This document shows, in pieces, positions 51,289 through 61,087 of a DNA stretch of 64,000 nucleotides (position 1 is the stretch's first letter; the number at the start of each line of letters is the position of its first letter). Source of the DNA: Nitrospirota bacterium. GTDB taxonomy: Bacteria; Nitrospirota; Nitrospiria; Nitrospirales; Nitrospiraceae. The DNA is taken from contig CAVPBK010000004.1 of NCBI GenBank assembly GCA_963701855.1, positions 256,001 through 320,000 on the forward strand, given 5' to 3'. The position numbers and the translations under genes were made by a program. Below the pieces are notes generated by a model that did no database searches, had not been told where the DNA came from, and was given only the letters and a program-made list of their open reading frames with translations.

Positions 51289-51924
51289 TTAGTGGGAAGT
51301 GCCTCGCTGCATCATCACCGCGACTTCAGCCACACGCCGGCCCAATGCCTTGGCCTCGGCCAACTCCTTATTGTCGATACCGGGACTGTCGCCTTCTGTG
51401 GTGGCAGATGCGCCGAAGGCCCCACCACCACTGACGACGATCATCTGATTCCCCAGCATCGCGGCAAGGATCGTCAACATCGTCACTTCCTTTCCGCTCG
51501 ACACCTGACCACCGGTGGCGAAGGCTGCGCCGATCTTGTTCTTCATCTTGAAGTCTGGGAATACACCGAATTTAAACTGCCAGTTGTCGAAGAAGGTTTT
51601 CACCTCGCCCGACATGTTCGACCAGTAGACCGGCGAGCCGACCACGACTGCATCGGCGGAGAACAAATCGTCTGCCGTCACCTTGCTCACTCGTTTCAAG
51701 ATCGCCTCGGTGCCGGAAATGCTCTTCACGCCATCGACCACCGCTTCAGCCATGCGTTCCGTATTGCCGGAGAGCGAATGGTAGGTCACGAGCACCTTCA
51801 CCAGCGGGGGAGGCTCGTCGGCGAAGGCCTCACCGAAGCCGATACCCGGCGCCAAAAGAATGGTACACAGAAAAAGGAAACTAATGATGCGGAATCGCGA
51901 TCTGAAGGTGTGAGAGAAAAACAT
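51289..51924 (-). CDS. WrbA-like flavodoxin / NAD(P)H:quinone oxidoreductase with signal peptide
   Basis: VTYHSLSGNTERMAEAV, GSPVY, IGAAFATGG..SGKE.T. Confidence 0.85.
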   Translation of the reverse strand: MFFSHTFRSRFRIISFLFLCTILLAPGIGFGEAFADEPPPLVKVLVTYHSLSGNTERMAEAVVDGVKSISGTEAILKRVSKVTADDLFSADAVVVGSPVYWSNMSGEVKTFFDNWQFKFGVFPDFKMKNKIGAAFATGGQVSSGKEVTMLTILAAMLGNQMIVVSGGGAFGASATTEGDSPGIDNKELAEAKALGRRVAEVAVMMQRGTSH

Positions 51925-51968
51925 CGGCTCACAGAGGGAGGGAGATGGCGTACAGGGTTAGCACCGGC

Positions 51969-52154
51969 TCAACGACGGACAATTTCCTCTTCCATCCGTT
52001 CTTCAACGGAGACTTCCGTCAACGTTCCTCGATAGTCGCACTTGTGACAACGAACCCGCCATTCCTCAATCCACTTTTCTTGCACGTACGACTGCCGGCA
52101 CTTCGGACACACAAATACACCTTTGACATAATGCACTTTTCGCGTCTCTTTCAT
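51969..52154 (-). CDS. small Zn-finger protein
   Basis: MKETRKVHYVKGVFVCPKC...RCHKCDY, with an AGGAG RBS. Confidence 0.65.
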   Translation of the reverse strand: MKETRKVHYVKGVFVCPKCRQSYVQEKWIEEWRVRCHKCDYRGTLTEVSVEERMEEEIVRR

Positions 52155-52301
52155 ATACCCACTCCTTGCTTGTGCCGGTCGAGGATGGCACAGGCAACCG
52201 CGCGATTGCAAGATATTCTCAACCAGTCTCGCCGACGATCTCATGCCACCCTACGCTCCCTCCGGCTTGACTCGTCTCCAGTGTGCCGATAGGATGCCGC
52301 C

Positions 52302-52769
52302 GTGCAACGACGCCGACCACTTACGACTTTCTTCATCCTCCTCTTCTCGTTCCCCTGCTATACCATGGCGGGAAATGATCCGTCCATGCCAGGGCTGATC
52401 CCGATTGCCCTCCCTGGAGGAGCAATCATTCACGCGGAGTTGGCCAACACTCCTCAGAAACGAGCAGAAGGATTGATGTACCGCGAACAATTAGCCCCAG
52501 ACCGCGGCATGCTCTTTACGTTCGCGCAGGCAGAGGCCTGGGTATTCTGGATGAAAAACACCAAGATTCCGCTCGATCTCATCTGGATCAACGAAAAAAA
52601 GCAGATCATCCATATGGAGCAGCGCGTTCCAATCTGCACGAGAACGGACGACAGCTGCCCACAATATCGGCCAAACGAGGGCGCGCTCTATGTCTTGGAA
52701 CTGGCAGGCGGTCGAGCTGAGAGTTTGAAATTACAGCGGGGATCGAAACTTCAGTTCCAAATCCCGTAG
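52302..52769 (+). CDS. DUF192 family protein
   Basis: ELANTPQKRAEGLMYR, GMLF, FWMKNTKIPLDLIWI, YVLELAGG. Confidence 0.92.
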   Translation: MQRRRPLTTFFILLFSFPCYTMAGNDPSMPGLIPIALPGGAIIHAELANTPQKRAEGLMYREQLAPDRGMLFTFAQAEAWVFWMKNTKIPLDLIWINEKKQIIHMEQRVPICTRTDDSCPQYRPNEGALYVLELAGGRAESLKLQRGSKLQFQIP

Positions 52770-52779
52770 CAGGCGAAAT

Positions 52780-52901
52780 GGGTTGCTCTGGTTCATCTGA
52801 TTTGTTGTATTCATTTGGTTAGTCTCGTTCAACCAAATAAACCAGACAGACTGAACAGACCAAATGAATAAAACAGGCTGGCGGACGTTTCAGCATCCTG
52901 C
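52780..52901. repeat. 9-nt periodic palindrome followed by a MITE right end
   Basis: ggttgctctggttcatctg...aaccaaataaaccagacagac..., ending TTTCAGCATCCTGC. Confidence 0.55.
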
Positions 52902-55081
52902 TAAGCCCGTTCCTGCCAGGCCCGCATCCGCCTTGCCGTAATCACCCCGTCCACACGTTCAACAGCTTCGAGCACTTGCTCGAGATGGTGGGTGTTTGAC
53001 ACTTCCACGACAAAATCCAGCACAGCTTTCTGATCCTCCCGCGTCGTTATCTCTGCACGACTGATGTTGGCATGGCATTCCGCAATCGCGGAAGACACGT
53101 TCGCCAACACCCCGGTCTTATCGACAGCGACAATGGACATTTTGACCGAGTGCGTGCTGGGTGTGGCAGCGTCCCATTCCACTTCCACCAGCCGTTCCTT
53201 GTCGTAGTCCAGCGCCTCAAGGTTCGGGCAATCGACGGCATGGATTGTCAGCCCGCGACCACGAGTAATATACCCGAGGATGCGGTCGCCAGGCACAGGA
53301 TGACAACAGCGCGACAGCTGCATCAGCAGATCCCGAGACCCTTTGACCTGTACGCCGGTGCCATCGCTCTTCCCACTTATCGCTTTGCGCGCGGCTGGAC
53401 GTTCCTGTGCCGGCGCCGGAGTTCCGGATGACGGAGCTGTGAGTTTGCCGATGACCTGTGACGTCGCCATGCGGCCGAACCCTACCGCTGCAGCCAATTC
53501 GTCGGTGCTGTCGAATCCCAACCGACGAGCAGCGTCTAACAGCTCCGCCGATTTGAGCATCCGGGCCGGCGCCATCCCCTGACGGCGGAACTCCGACTCC
53601 AGCAAGCGACGACCGATCTCGATACTCCGTTTCTGCTCTTCGAGCTTAATCCAGTGTTTGATCTTGGTCTTCGCGCGCGAGGTACGGACAAACTTCAACC
53701 AGTCCTTGTGCGGCGATTGCGTGGGAGACGTCAGAATTTCGACCATATCTCCGCTGGCGAGTTGATACTTGAGCGGCACAATCTTCCCGTCCACCTTGGC
53801 CCCGACACAGTGGTCTCCGACCTGAGTGTGAATCGCGAAGGCAAAATCGACGGGCGTCGATCCTCTCGGCAGCTCTTTCACAATCCCTTTGGGGGTGAAC
53901 ACATAGACGACATCGTGAAAAAGGTCGAGCTTCACCGAATCCATGAACTGCCGATTGTCCGTCAAATCTTCATGCCATTCGATGAACTGATGGAGCCAGC
54001 CGAAAGCCTTGCTGTCACGATCTGCAACCTGTCCCTGTTCTTTATACTTCCAATGCGCGGCAATACCGTGCTCAGCGATACGATGCATGTCCTCCGTGCG
54101 GATTTGGAATTCGACATGCTCCCCTTTCGGACCCACCACCGTCGTATGCAAAGACTGATAGAGATTGGACTTTGGAATCGCGATATAGTCCTTGAAACGC
54201 CCGGGCACGGGCCGCCAGACCGAGTGGATCACCCCGAGCACGGCATAGCAGTTCATCTTGGTATCGGTCACGATCCGTAGCGCGGTCAGGTCGTAGACCT
54301 CTTCGAACGTAATCGACTGCTTATCCATCTTTTGGTAAATACCGTAGAGGTGTTTGGGCCGACCGTAGACTTGTCCTGCCAGTCCGTTCTCCTGCATAGC
54401 CTTATGCACAAGTTGACGGACTTCATCGATGTACTGCTGCCGATCCTCGTCCCGTTTCGCCACACGCACACGCAATGTCTCGTAGACCTCAGGCTTGAGG
54501 TGCTTGAGACAGAGATCCTCCAGCTCATTTTTGATCCACCCGATTCCAAGGCGATTCGCCAGCGGCGCATAAATCTCCAGCGTTTCCTGTGCGATTTCCT
54601 GCCGCTTGGCCGCGCCGAGATGTTCCAAAGTGCGCATGTTGTGCAGCCGGTCGGCCAGTTTGATGAGGACGACCCGGATATCGTCCGCCATCGATAGCAC
54701 CATCTTGCGGAAGTTCTCCGCCTGTTTTTCTTCATAGCTCCGAAACGTGATCTTGCCGATCTTGGTCACCCCATCGACCAGATGCACGACGTCCTTCCCG
54801 AACTCTCTTTCGAGTTCGTCAGGCGTGGCAACCGTATCTTCCAGAGTGTCGTGCAGCAACGCTGCGACGATGGCGACGGCATCAGCTTTGAGCGATGTTA
54901 GGACTCCTGCGACGGCGATGGGATGTTGAAGGTAGGGTTCTCCGGATCGGCGAAGCTGCCCTTGATGCGCTTTCGCAGAAAACTCGTAGGCTTTGCGGAC
55001 GAGGCCAAGGTCGGTATCGGCAGCATAGCTTCTGATTCGATCCAGTAGCTGGTCGAGATCTGTGACGGTTTGGTACACCAT
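52901..55081 (-). CDS. rel: bifunctional (p)ppGpp synthetase/hydrolase (long RSH)
   Basis: HD motif LLHDTLED, RFKD synthetase motif, YQSLHT, EFQIRT, and TGS and ACT domains. Confidence 0.96.
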   Translation of the reverse strand: MVYQTVTDLDQLLDRIRSYAADTDLGLVRKAYEFSAKAHQGQLRRSGEPYLQHPIAVAGVLTSLKADAVAIVAALLHDTLEDTVATPDELEREFGKDVVHLVDGVTKIGKITFRSYEEKQAENFRKMVLSMADDIRVVLIKLADRLHNMRTLEHLGAAKRQEIAQETLEIYAPLANRLGIGWIKNELEDLCLKHLKPEVYETLRVRVAKRDEDRQQYIDEVRQLVHKAMQENGLAGQVYGRPKHLYGIYQKMDKQSITFEEVYDLTALRIVTDTKMNCYAVLGVIHSVWRPVPGRFKDYIAIPKSNLYQSLHTTVVGPKGEHVEFQIRTEDMHRIAEHGIAAHWKYKEQGQVADRDSKAFGWLHQFIEWHEDLTDNRQFMDSVKLDLFHDVVYVFTPKGIVKELPRGSTPVDFAFAIHTQVGDHCVGAKVDGKIVPLKYQLASGDMVEILTSPTQSPHKDWLKFVRTSRAKTKIKHWIKLEEQKRSIEIGRRLLESEFRRQGMAPARMLKSAELLDAARRLGFDSTDELAAAVGFGRMATSQVIGKLTAPSSGTPAPAQERPAARKAISGKSDGTGVQVKGSRDLLMQLSRCCHPVPGDRILGYITRGRGLTIHAVDCPNLEALDYDKERLVEVEWDAATPSTHSVKMSIVAVDKTGVLANVSSAIAECHANISRAEITTREDQKAVLDFVVEVSNTHHLEQVLEAVERVDGVITARRMRAWQERA

Positions 55082-55096
55082 GGTGCACTCACTTAC

Positions 55097-56794
55097 TTAC
55101 TCACTCACACTCGCTCGGACATCGCGAATCCTAAGCTGAATTCGGTCACGGCCGTTCCAATGGTTCAGTTCCGGCGTGAAGGCCAGGTCAACCGGAGCGC
55201 GAGACGGAATGCCACGCTCCAACAACGATTTCATGCCGAATCCAATACTATCGAACGGCAGCGATGTCCCTTGCCGCACGGTCATTTTCAGATGCTTCTC
55301 GCCGACCGTGCGTGAATCCATGACTTCGAGACGAGTCACCGCAAACGTAGGCTCCGGATTACCCTCGCCGAATGGATGCAGCGAGCCGATCTCCTGGATC
55401 AACTGCAAATTCACTTCGTCCAGGCGCACTTCGGCATCGACGTTCAACGTCGGAACCTTGCCGCCGCCATGGGTCCACCCGGCTACCACTTCTGAGAATC
55501 TGGCGCGAAACTCGTCAATCCGAGACTCTTGAATCGTCACACCCGCGGCGCTCGGATGCCCACCGAAAGCCTCCAACAGCTCCCGACAGGAAGCCAGCCC
55601 TTGATAGAGGTCGAACCCGCCGGTCGTCCGTGCTGAGCCTTTAGCTATGCCCTGCTCATTGATCGCCATCACAATCGCCGGGCGCTGAAACCTGTCGACC
55701 AAGCGCGCTGCGACGATACCGACCACTCCAAGATGCCACTGTCGGGAGGCTAGTATGAGCGCAGGCGGCACGTCTCGGTCCTTCAATGACGCCAGCGCCT
55801 CCGTCATAATATCCACTTCGATGCGCTGCCGCTCCCGATTCAATTGCTCAAGCCTGTCTGCCAATCGCTGCGCTTCGGCCGGATCGTCAGTCGTCAGCAA
55901 CCGCACACCCAGCAGAGCGTCGTCCAATCGCCCTGCAGCATTGATCCGCGGCGCCAGCTTGTAGGCGATCGTTTCCGCCGTGCAATCCTGCTTCACCCCC
56001 GCCACCTGCTTCAGCGCTCGAACTCCGCAACGCGCGCCACGCGATAGCTGAACTAGTCCTTCGCGCACAAAGCTCCGATTCTCATCGTGCAAGGGAACGA
56101 CGTCGGCAACCGTTGCCAATGCCACAAGATCGAGCAACGACTCCAGCGGCACCCCGGCAACCCCGTAGCGGAGCTGGTAGGCCTGCGCCACTTTGTACGC
56201 CAGCGCTGCGGAACAGAGCCCGTGAAATGGGTAGAGAGCGCCGACCCGATGGGGGTTGAGCACTGCCACAGCCGGAGGCATGTCCTCATCAGTCTGGTGA
56301 TGGTCCGTCACCACCACATCCATACCGAGACTCGCCGCTAATGCGATTTCTTTATGCGAGGTCGTGCCGCAATCGGACGTTACCAGCAGCGAAATACCTG
56401 CGTCATGCAAGCGCTGCACAGCGCCGAGGTTGAGTCCATAGCCTTCGCGGAGACGATGCGGGACATAAGCCCGAACCCGTGCGCCCAAGCCTCCGAAGAA
56501 CGACAGGTAGACACTGGTCGCCGAAATCCCATCGACATCATAGTCGCCATAAAAACAGATCGGTTCCTGAGTCGTGACGGCGCGATGCAACCGTTCGACT
56601 GCCTGGTCCATATCGGGAATCAAAAACGGATCGTGCGGTGTCTGCAACGACATCCATGTCGTCGCTTCATCCGGCGTGGTCACGCCACGGGCCAAAAACA
56701 ACGAGGCGGTGGCAGAAGAAATCGAGAGGGCCTGGGCCAATGAAGCCCGCTGAGTCAGATTGACATCACGGAAGACCCAGAGCTTGGACTTCAT
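55097..56794 (-). CDS. recJ: ssDNA exonuclease RecJ
   Basis: YGDYDVDG, R..EGYGLN, SDCG, TDHH, ATVADVVPL, PRINAAGR, KGSAR, FGGH..AAG. Confidence 0.96.
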   Translation of the reverse strand: MKSKLWVFRDVNLTQRASLAQALSISSATASLFLARGVTTPDEATTWMSLQTPHDPFLIPDMDQAVERLHRAVTTQEPICFYGDYDVDGISATSVYLSFFGGLGARVRAYVPHRLREGYGLNLGAVQRLHDAGISLLVTSDCGTTSHKEIALAASLGMDVVVTDHHQTDEDMPPAVAVLNPHRVGALYPFHGLCSAALAYKVAQAYQLRYGVAGVPLESLLDLVALATVADVVPLHDENRSFVREGLVQLSRGARCGVRALKQVAGVKQDCTAETIAYKLAPRINAAGRLDDALLGVRLLTTDDPAEAQRLADRLEQLNRERQRIEVDIMTEALASLKDRDVPPALILASRQWHLGVVGIVAARLVDRFQRPAIVMAINEQGIAKGSARTTGGFDLYQGLASCRELLEAFGGHPSAAGVTIQESRIDEFRARFSEVVAGWTHGGGKVPTLNVDAEVRLDEVNLQLIQEIGSLHPFGEGNPEPTFAVTRLEVMDSRTVGEKHLKMTVRQGTSLPFDSIGFGMKSLLERGIPSRAPVDLAFTPELNHWNGRDRIQLRIRDVRASVSE

Positions 56795-56979
56795 GAGGGC
56801 CTCTTGAATGATTCAGAGTCTAACTATCTGAGAATTAAAGGGATACTAGCCGCTCATCCCTGCGTTGTCAAACCGAGGAACGTGGCATTGCGCGGTGACG
56901 GACGGAGGTCGGGCACTGATTACCGGAGTGCGATGAGGAGGAAGGATAAGAAGAACGTAGGCCTACCTGACTATCGGCG

Positions 56980-57177
56980 CTACTCTCCCCCCTTTTGCAC
57001 GTAGTTCTTGACGAATTCTTCTGCGTTCGTTTCGAGCACGTCATCGATTTCATCGACCAGCTTATCGATGTCTTCTTTCATCTTCTTGCCGGCTTCAATG
57101 ACCTTGGGATTGGCCTTGACCTCTTCCTTCCCCTGAGGCTCCCGCCTGGGTTCCTGCTTGCGCTCTTGTTTCTCCAT
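56980..57177 (-). CDS. pup: prokaryotic ubiquitin-like protein Pup
   Basis: C-terminus IDKLVDEIDDVLETNAEEFVKNYVQKGGE matches Pup. GGAGG RBS present. Confidence 0.9.
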   Translation of the reverse strand: MEKQERKQEPRREPQGKEEVKANPKVIEAGKKMKEDIDKLVDEIDDVLETNAEEFVKNYVQKGGE

Positions 57178-57367
57178 CCGAGCACCTCCCGTGATTCAGG
57201 GAAACTCTCGTGGGTCAGCCACCAGCATGACCCCGTACAATCACCTTACTCCACGATTCTTTTAACCGTCAAGACAAGCGAAAAACGTGAAGCGGCGTAA
57301 GTCTTTAGCGATCAGCCGTCAGCCATTAGCACGAAGCCGAAAGCTGATCACTTCTATACTTGTGCCG

Positions 57368-59419
57368 TCATACAAGCAGCGAGACAATCAAGAGCGCTAC
57401 AATGTTGATAACCTTGATCATCGGATTGATCGCCGGACCAGCCGTATCCTTATAGGGATCGCCGACTGTGTCGCCTGTTACCGCCGCCTTGTGGGTGTCT
57501 GTCCCCTTCTTACCCTGCTCTTCAATATACTTCTTGGCGTTATCCCAAGCGCCGCCGCCGCTCGTCATCGAAATGGCGACGAACAAACCGGTGACAATAC
57601 TGCCGACAAGCATGCCGCCCAATGCCTGCGGTCCCAAGATCACACCGACCACAATCGGCGAGATGACCGGAATCAATCCCGGCACCATCATCTTCTTGAT
57701 CGCCGCCTGCGTCACAATATCCACGCAAGTTCCATATTCCGGCTTGCCAGTTCCCTCCATGATTCCCTTGATCGTCCGGAACTGCCTGCGTACTTCTTCC
57801 ACCACAAGACCGGCTGCCTCTCCCACCGCTTTCATACAGAGGGCTCCAAAAATAAACGGCAGCATCCCGCCCAAGAAGAGTCCGACTAGGACGGAAGGAT
57901 TGGAAAGATCGAACGTGCTCGCGCCGCTCCCTTTTGCCACCTCACGCGCATATTCGGCAAAGAGCACCACCGCCGCGAGACCAGCTGACCCGATCGCATA
58001 GCCCTTGGTCACCGCTTTCGTCGTATTCCCGACTGCATCCAATGGATCGGTGATGTCCCGCACCTCTTTGCCAAGGTGGGCCATCTCCGCAATACCGCCT
58101 GCGTTATCTGTGATCGGACCGAACGCATCGATCGCCACCACGATACCGGCCATCGACAGCATCGACACCGCCGCAACCGCCACGCCGTACAAGCCGCCCG
58201 ATGCCGCACCACCGCAGATCCAATAGCTCCCAAGAATCGCTGCCCCGATCACCACCACTGGCCAGGCTGTTGCCTCCATCCCAACCGCCAGTCCAGCGAT
58301 GATGTTGGTCGCATGGCCTGTTTCACTGGCCTTGGCAATAGCCTTCACCGGCTTATAACTCTTGGACGTGTAGTAATCGGTAATAAAGACAAGCGCGAGG
58401 GTCACAGCCAAGCCGATCAAGGCCGCAAGGTAATAGCTCACCCCGCTCACGCCACCCACGCCATCCATGATCGTGGTCGTCACGGGGAAAAAGGCCACCG
58501 CGGCAATGCCGCCCGCCACAAATAAACCCTTGTAGAGCGCCGTCATGATCTCGCCGCCCTGGCCCACCTTCACAAAGAAAATACCGATGATCGTCGCGAA
58601 GATCGTGACGCCACCGAGGGCGAGCGGATACAGAACCGGGGCGCTGGCTCCCTTGAATAGCGTAAAAGCCAAGACCATCGCCGCCACCGTCGTCACCGCA
58701 TAGGTCTCAAAAAGGTCCGCTGCCATACCGGCACAATCACCGACATTGTCACCCACGTTGTCCGCAATAACGGCCGGGTTGCGAGGATCGTCTTCCGGAA
58801 TCCCCGCTTCGACTTTCCCGACGAGGTCTGCGCCGACGTCGGCCGCTTTTGTATAGATACCGCCACCCACACGGGCAAACACCGAAATCAAACTGCCGCC
58901 GAACCCAAGACTCAGCAAGGCATGGATGGCTTTCTCCTGGCCAGCAAACTGCGAGGCCAGCGTATAGAAGATAGTGATGGCCAGCAAGCCCAAGCCAATT
59001 AACAAGAGCCCCGTCACCGCTCCGCCACGGAACGCCACGGTCAGCGCGGCATTCATCCCATTATGGGCAGCCTGAGCCGTCCGCACGTTCGCGCGCACCG
59101 CGATCACCATGCCCACATACCCGGCCAGCGACGATGCGCCTGCGCCGATCAAAAATCCGACTGCGGTCAATAAGCCGAACTTATCGGAGACAGCCCCCGC
59201 TCCCCACAACAAAGCGAATAACACGGCGGCTACGATGCCGACGGTCTTGTATTGGCGATTCAGGTAAGCACTCGCACCTTCCTGGATAGCCTTTGCAATA
59301 TCCTGCATCTTCGGATTGCCGGCATCGAGCTTGAACACCCACATGGCCAGGTACAAGCCATAGGCAATGCCGGTCACCGCCGCTGCCAACGCAAACATAA
59401 TGATGACTGAGTCGCTCAC
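57368..59419 (-). CDS. hppA: membrane H+-translocating pyrophosphatase (K+-independent type)
   Basis: [56 protein letters not shown] has the Lys diagnostic of K+ independence. Confidence 0.96.
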   Translation of the reverse strand: MSDSVIIMFALAAAVTGIAYGLYLAMWVFKLDAGNPKMQDIAKAIQEGASAYLNRQYKTVGIVAAVLFALLWGAGAVSDKFGLLTAVGFLIGAGASSLAGYVGMVIAVRANVRTAQAAHNGMNAALTVAFRGGAVTGLLLIGLGLLAITIFYTLASQFAGQEKAIHALLSLGFGGSLISVFARVGGGIYTKAADVGADLVGKVEAGIPEDDPRNPAVIADNVGDNVGDCAGMAADLFETYAVTTVAAMVLAFTLFKGASAPVLYPLALGGVTIFATIIGIFFVKVGQGGEIMTALYKGLFVAGGIAAVAFFPVTTTIMDGVGGVSGVSYYLAALIGLAVTLALVFITDYYTSKSYKPVKAIAKASETGHATNIIAGLAVGMEATAWPVVVIGAAILGSYWICGGAASGGLYGVAVAAVSMLSMAGIVVAIDAFGPITDNAGGIAEMAHLGKEVRDITDPLDAVGNTTKAVTKGYAIGSAGLAAVVLFAEYAREVAKGSGASTFDLSNPSVLVGLFLGGMLPFIFGALCMKAVGEAAGLVVEEVRRQFRTIKGIMEGTGKPEYGTCVDIVTQAAIKKMMVPGLIPVISPIVVGVILGPQALGGMLVGSIVTGLFVAISMTSGGGAWDNAKKYIEEQGKKGTDTHKAAVTGDTVGDPYKDTAGPAINPMIKVINIVALLIVSLLV

Positions 59420-59561
59420 AGTACTCTCCTCCCAGTGAATTCAAGAGCTCTTTATGTCACACGGTTTCCTATGGCTTCAACCCATCAAAAGTACGTGTGG
59501 GGGGGAAACCGCGGGATGGTGCAGGCTTAGTCTTGCAGCTAACTGCCTGAAAAGTTTTGCC

Positions 59562-59590
59562 ATTCTATACGGGTGAGCGGAAGGGATCAA
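59562..59590 (-). promoter_or_regulatory. sigma70-like promoter for hppA
   Basis: Minus-strand TTGATC-17 nt-TAGAAT. Confidence 0.55.
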
Positions 59591-59599
59591 GGTGAAAAA

Positions 59600-59750
59600 A
59601 GGGAGAGGGATGGAGCCTGATGATCTTCTGTGCTCGCGCAACGCGCGGCCTCAGAAGGCCCTCGCTCGGGCTATTGACACGTCTCGGCGTGCCCGTGGGC
59701 GGGCGGGTGAGAAAGTTGCGCGCAGTGGAACACCCATCAACCCCCATCCC
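59600..59750. repeat. REP/MITE-like intergenic repeat
   Basis: CTGTGCTCGCGCAACGCGCGGCCTCAGAAGGCCCTCG is the reverse complement of the core at about 24939-24975. Confidence 0.6.
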
Positions 59751-59782
59751 TGGGGGAAGAAGCCGGGCAGGAGGTGAGGCAC

Positions 59783-60307
59783 CTACAACTGCTCGACGAC
59801 TTCGCGCATTGCTTTGTCCGGCCAGATCCATGTTTTGTGGACGGTGCAGGGCCGGTCATTAAGCCATAGGGACGTCTTAATGGGGTCCAACTCCATGACA
59901 TTGGCCGTCTCCCGTAAAAGGCCGAATTGGAGATCCCCCACAACCCCGTTCATGGATGCCAGCACCGATCGATCGGTATTTCGATCCATCTGCAACGATC
60001 CAAGCGTGAGACCAGCGCGGGCAATGTGATGGTGCGACAGCCCTTGCGCCTGCAGCACAGCCAGAAACAGATCGCGGTGCCACCGCCCCAGTTCGGCAAG
60101 TTGCAGTGCGCGCAGACCGGGAAGAAACAGCACGTAGCGGGTGGCATCGTGGCAAAAGAGTACGCATTGGCGACAGTCGAGGGTAAGAAGATGGGCGTGC
60201 CAACTACTCAGCGGAGCCGACTGGCTATCACGTTTAGCCCCTGCATCAGGCAGATTGATGGCGGAGGGAATCCGCGCAGCTAACTTCTGAGTGCAATGGA
60301 GAGTCAA
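59783..60307 (-). CDS. hypothetical protein (DUF6933-like)
   Basis: LHCTQKL, LSSWHAHL, HDATRYVL, TDRSVLASMN, LNDRPC. Confidence 0.7.
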   Translation of the reverse strand: MTLHCTQKLAARIPSAINLPDAGAKRDSQSAPLSSWHAHLLTLDCRQCVLFCHDATRYVLFLPGLRALQLAELGRWHRDLFLAVLQAQGLSHHHIARAGLTLGSLQMDRNTDRSVLASMNGVVGDLQFGLLRETANVMELDPIKTSLWLNDRPCTVHKTWIWPDKAMREVVEQL

Positions 60308-60382
60308 GGATACCCAGCAACAGTTTCACATATTTAGGTCAGCAGCTTTCAGGCAAACAAAACCATGCGGCGCGTCAGCGGC

Positions 60383-61087
60383 TTAGAGATCCATCGCCGC
60401 ACCGTTTTTCTTCAGCCATTCTTTTCGCTCATGGTAGTCAGGCATCACCTTGTCAATCTCATTCCAGAACGCCTGGGTGTGGTCCATGCGGCGAACGTGA
60501 CAGAGTTCATGCACCACGATATAGTCAATAATTGTTGGCGGAGCCATCATGCACTTCCAATGAAAGGCGAGGTTGCCTTTTGGTGAGCAAGAAGCCCAGC
60601 GATGACCAAGTTCCCGTACATCGATTTCGCAAGGTATAACGCCGACCTTTGGCGCGTAATAGTGTACTCGTTGGGTGATGCGCTCATGGCCGCGCTCGAT
60701 GAAGTAATCACGAAACGCGGATTTTGCGGCGGCGACTTCACCCCGGTCCACCAAATCTCGGCGCAAGCAGAAGCGTCCATTTCTTAGCAACAACGGCTCA
60801 TCCTGGTCTGCGACCAGAGAAAGCCGATAGGAACGTCCGAGATAGAGAAATCCCTCCCCGCTGCGATACTCGCGCAAGACCCGAGTGGCGTTGAGATCAC
60901 GCCACTCCGCAAGCGTTTTGTAGATCCAGTACCGCTTCGACTGGATGATATTCTCAATGTGCTCATCAGGGAGCTCAGCCGGCGCGCGTACGATCACCCG
61001 TCCATCCCGTTCGACCACAATATCTGCCGTCGTACGGCGGCTGCGTACAACTCCATACGAGATGCCTGGATCACGCGATGCTTTCAT
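60383..61087 (-). CDS. YgjP/DUF45-like M48 zinc metallohydrolase
   Basis: RWASCS, DYIVVHELCH, H..AFW. ATGA overlap with hsdR. Confidence 0.9.
   Translation of the reverse strand: MKASRDPGISYGVVRSRRTTADIVVERDGRVIVRAPAELPDEHIENIIQSKRYWIYKTLAEWRDLNATRVLREYRSGEGFLYLGRSYRLSLVADQDEPLLLRNGRFCLRRDLVDRGEVAAAKSAFRDYFIERGHERITQRVHYYAPKVGVIPCEIDVRELGHRWASCSPKGNLAFHWKCMMAPPTIIDYIVVHELCHVRRMDHTQAFWNEIDKVMPDYHERKEWLKKNGAAMDL

Noticed and set aside
56980..57177. UBact instead of Pup
   Set aside because: The C-terminal DEIDDVLE.NAEEFV..YVQKGG motif is the Pup signature.
57305..57350. Heptamer-like repeats (gatcagc/cgtcagc/cattagc)
   Set aside because: Too short and degenerate to support beyond a possible terminator-like hairpin.
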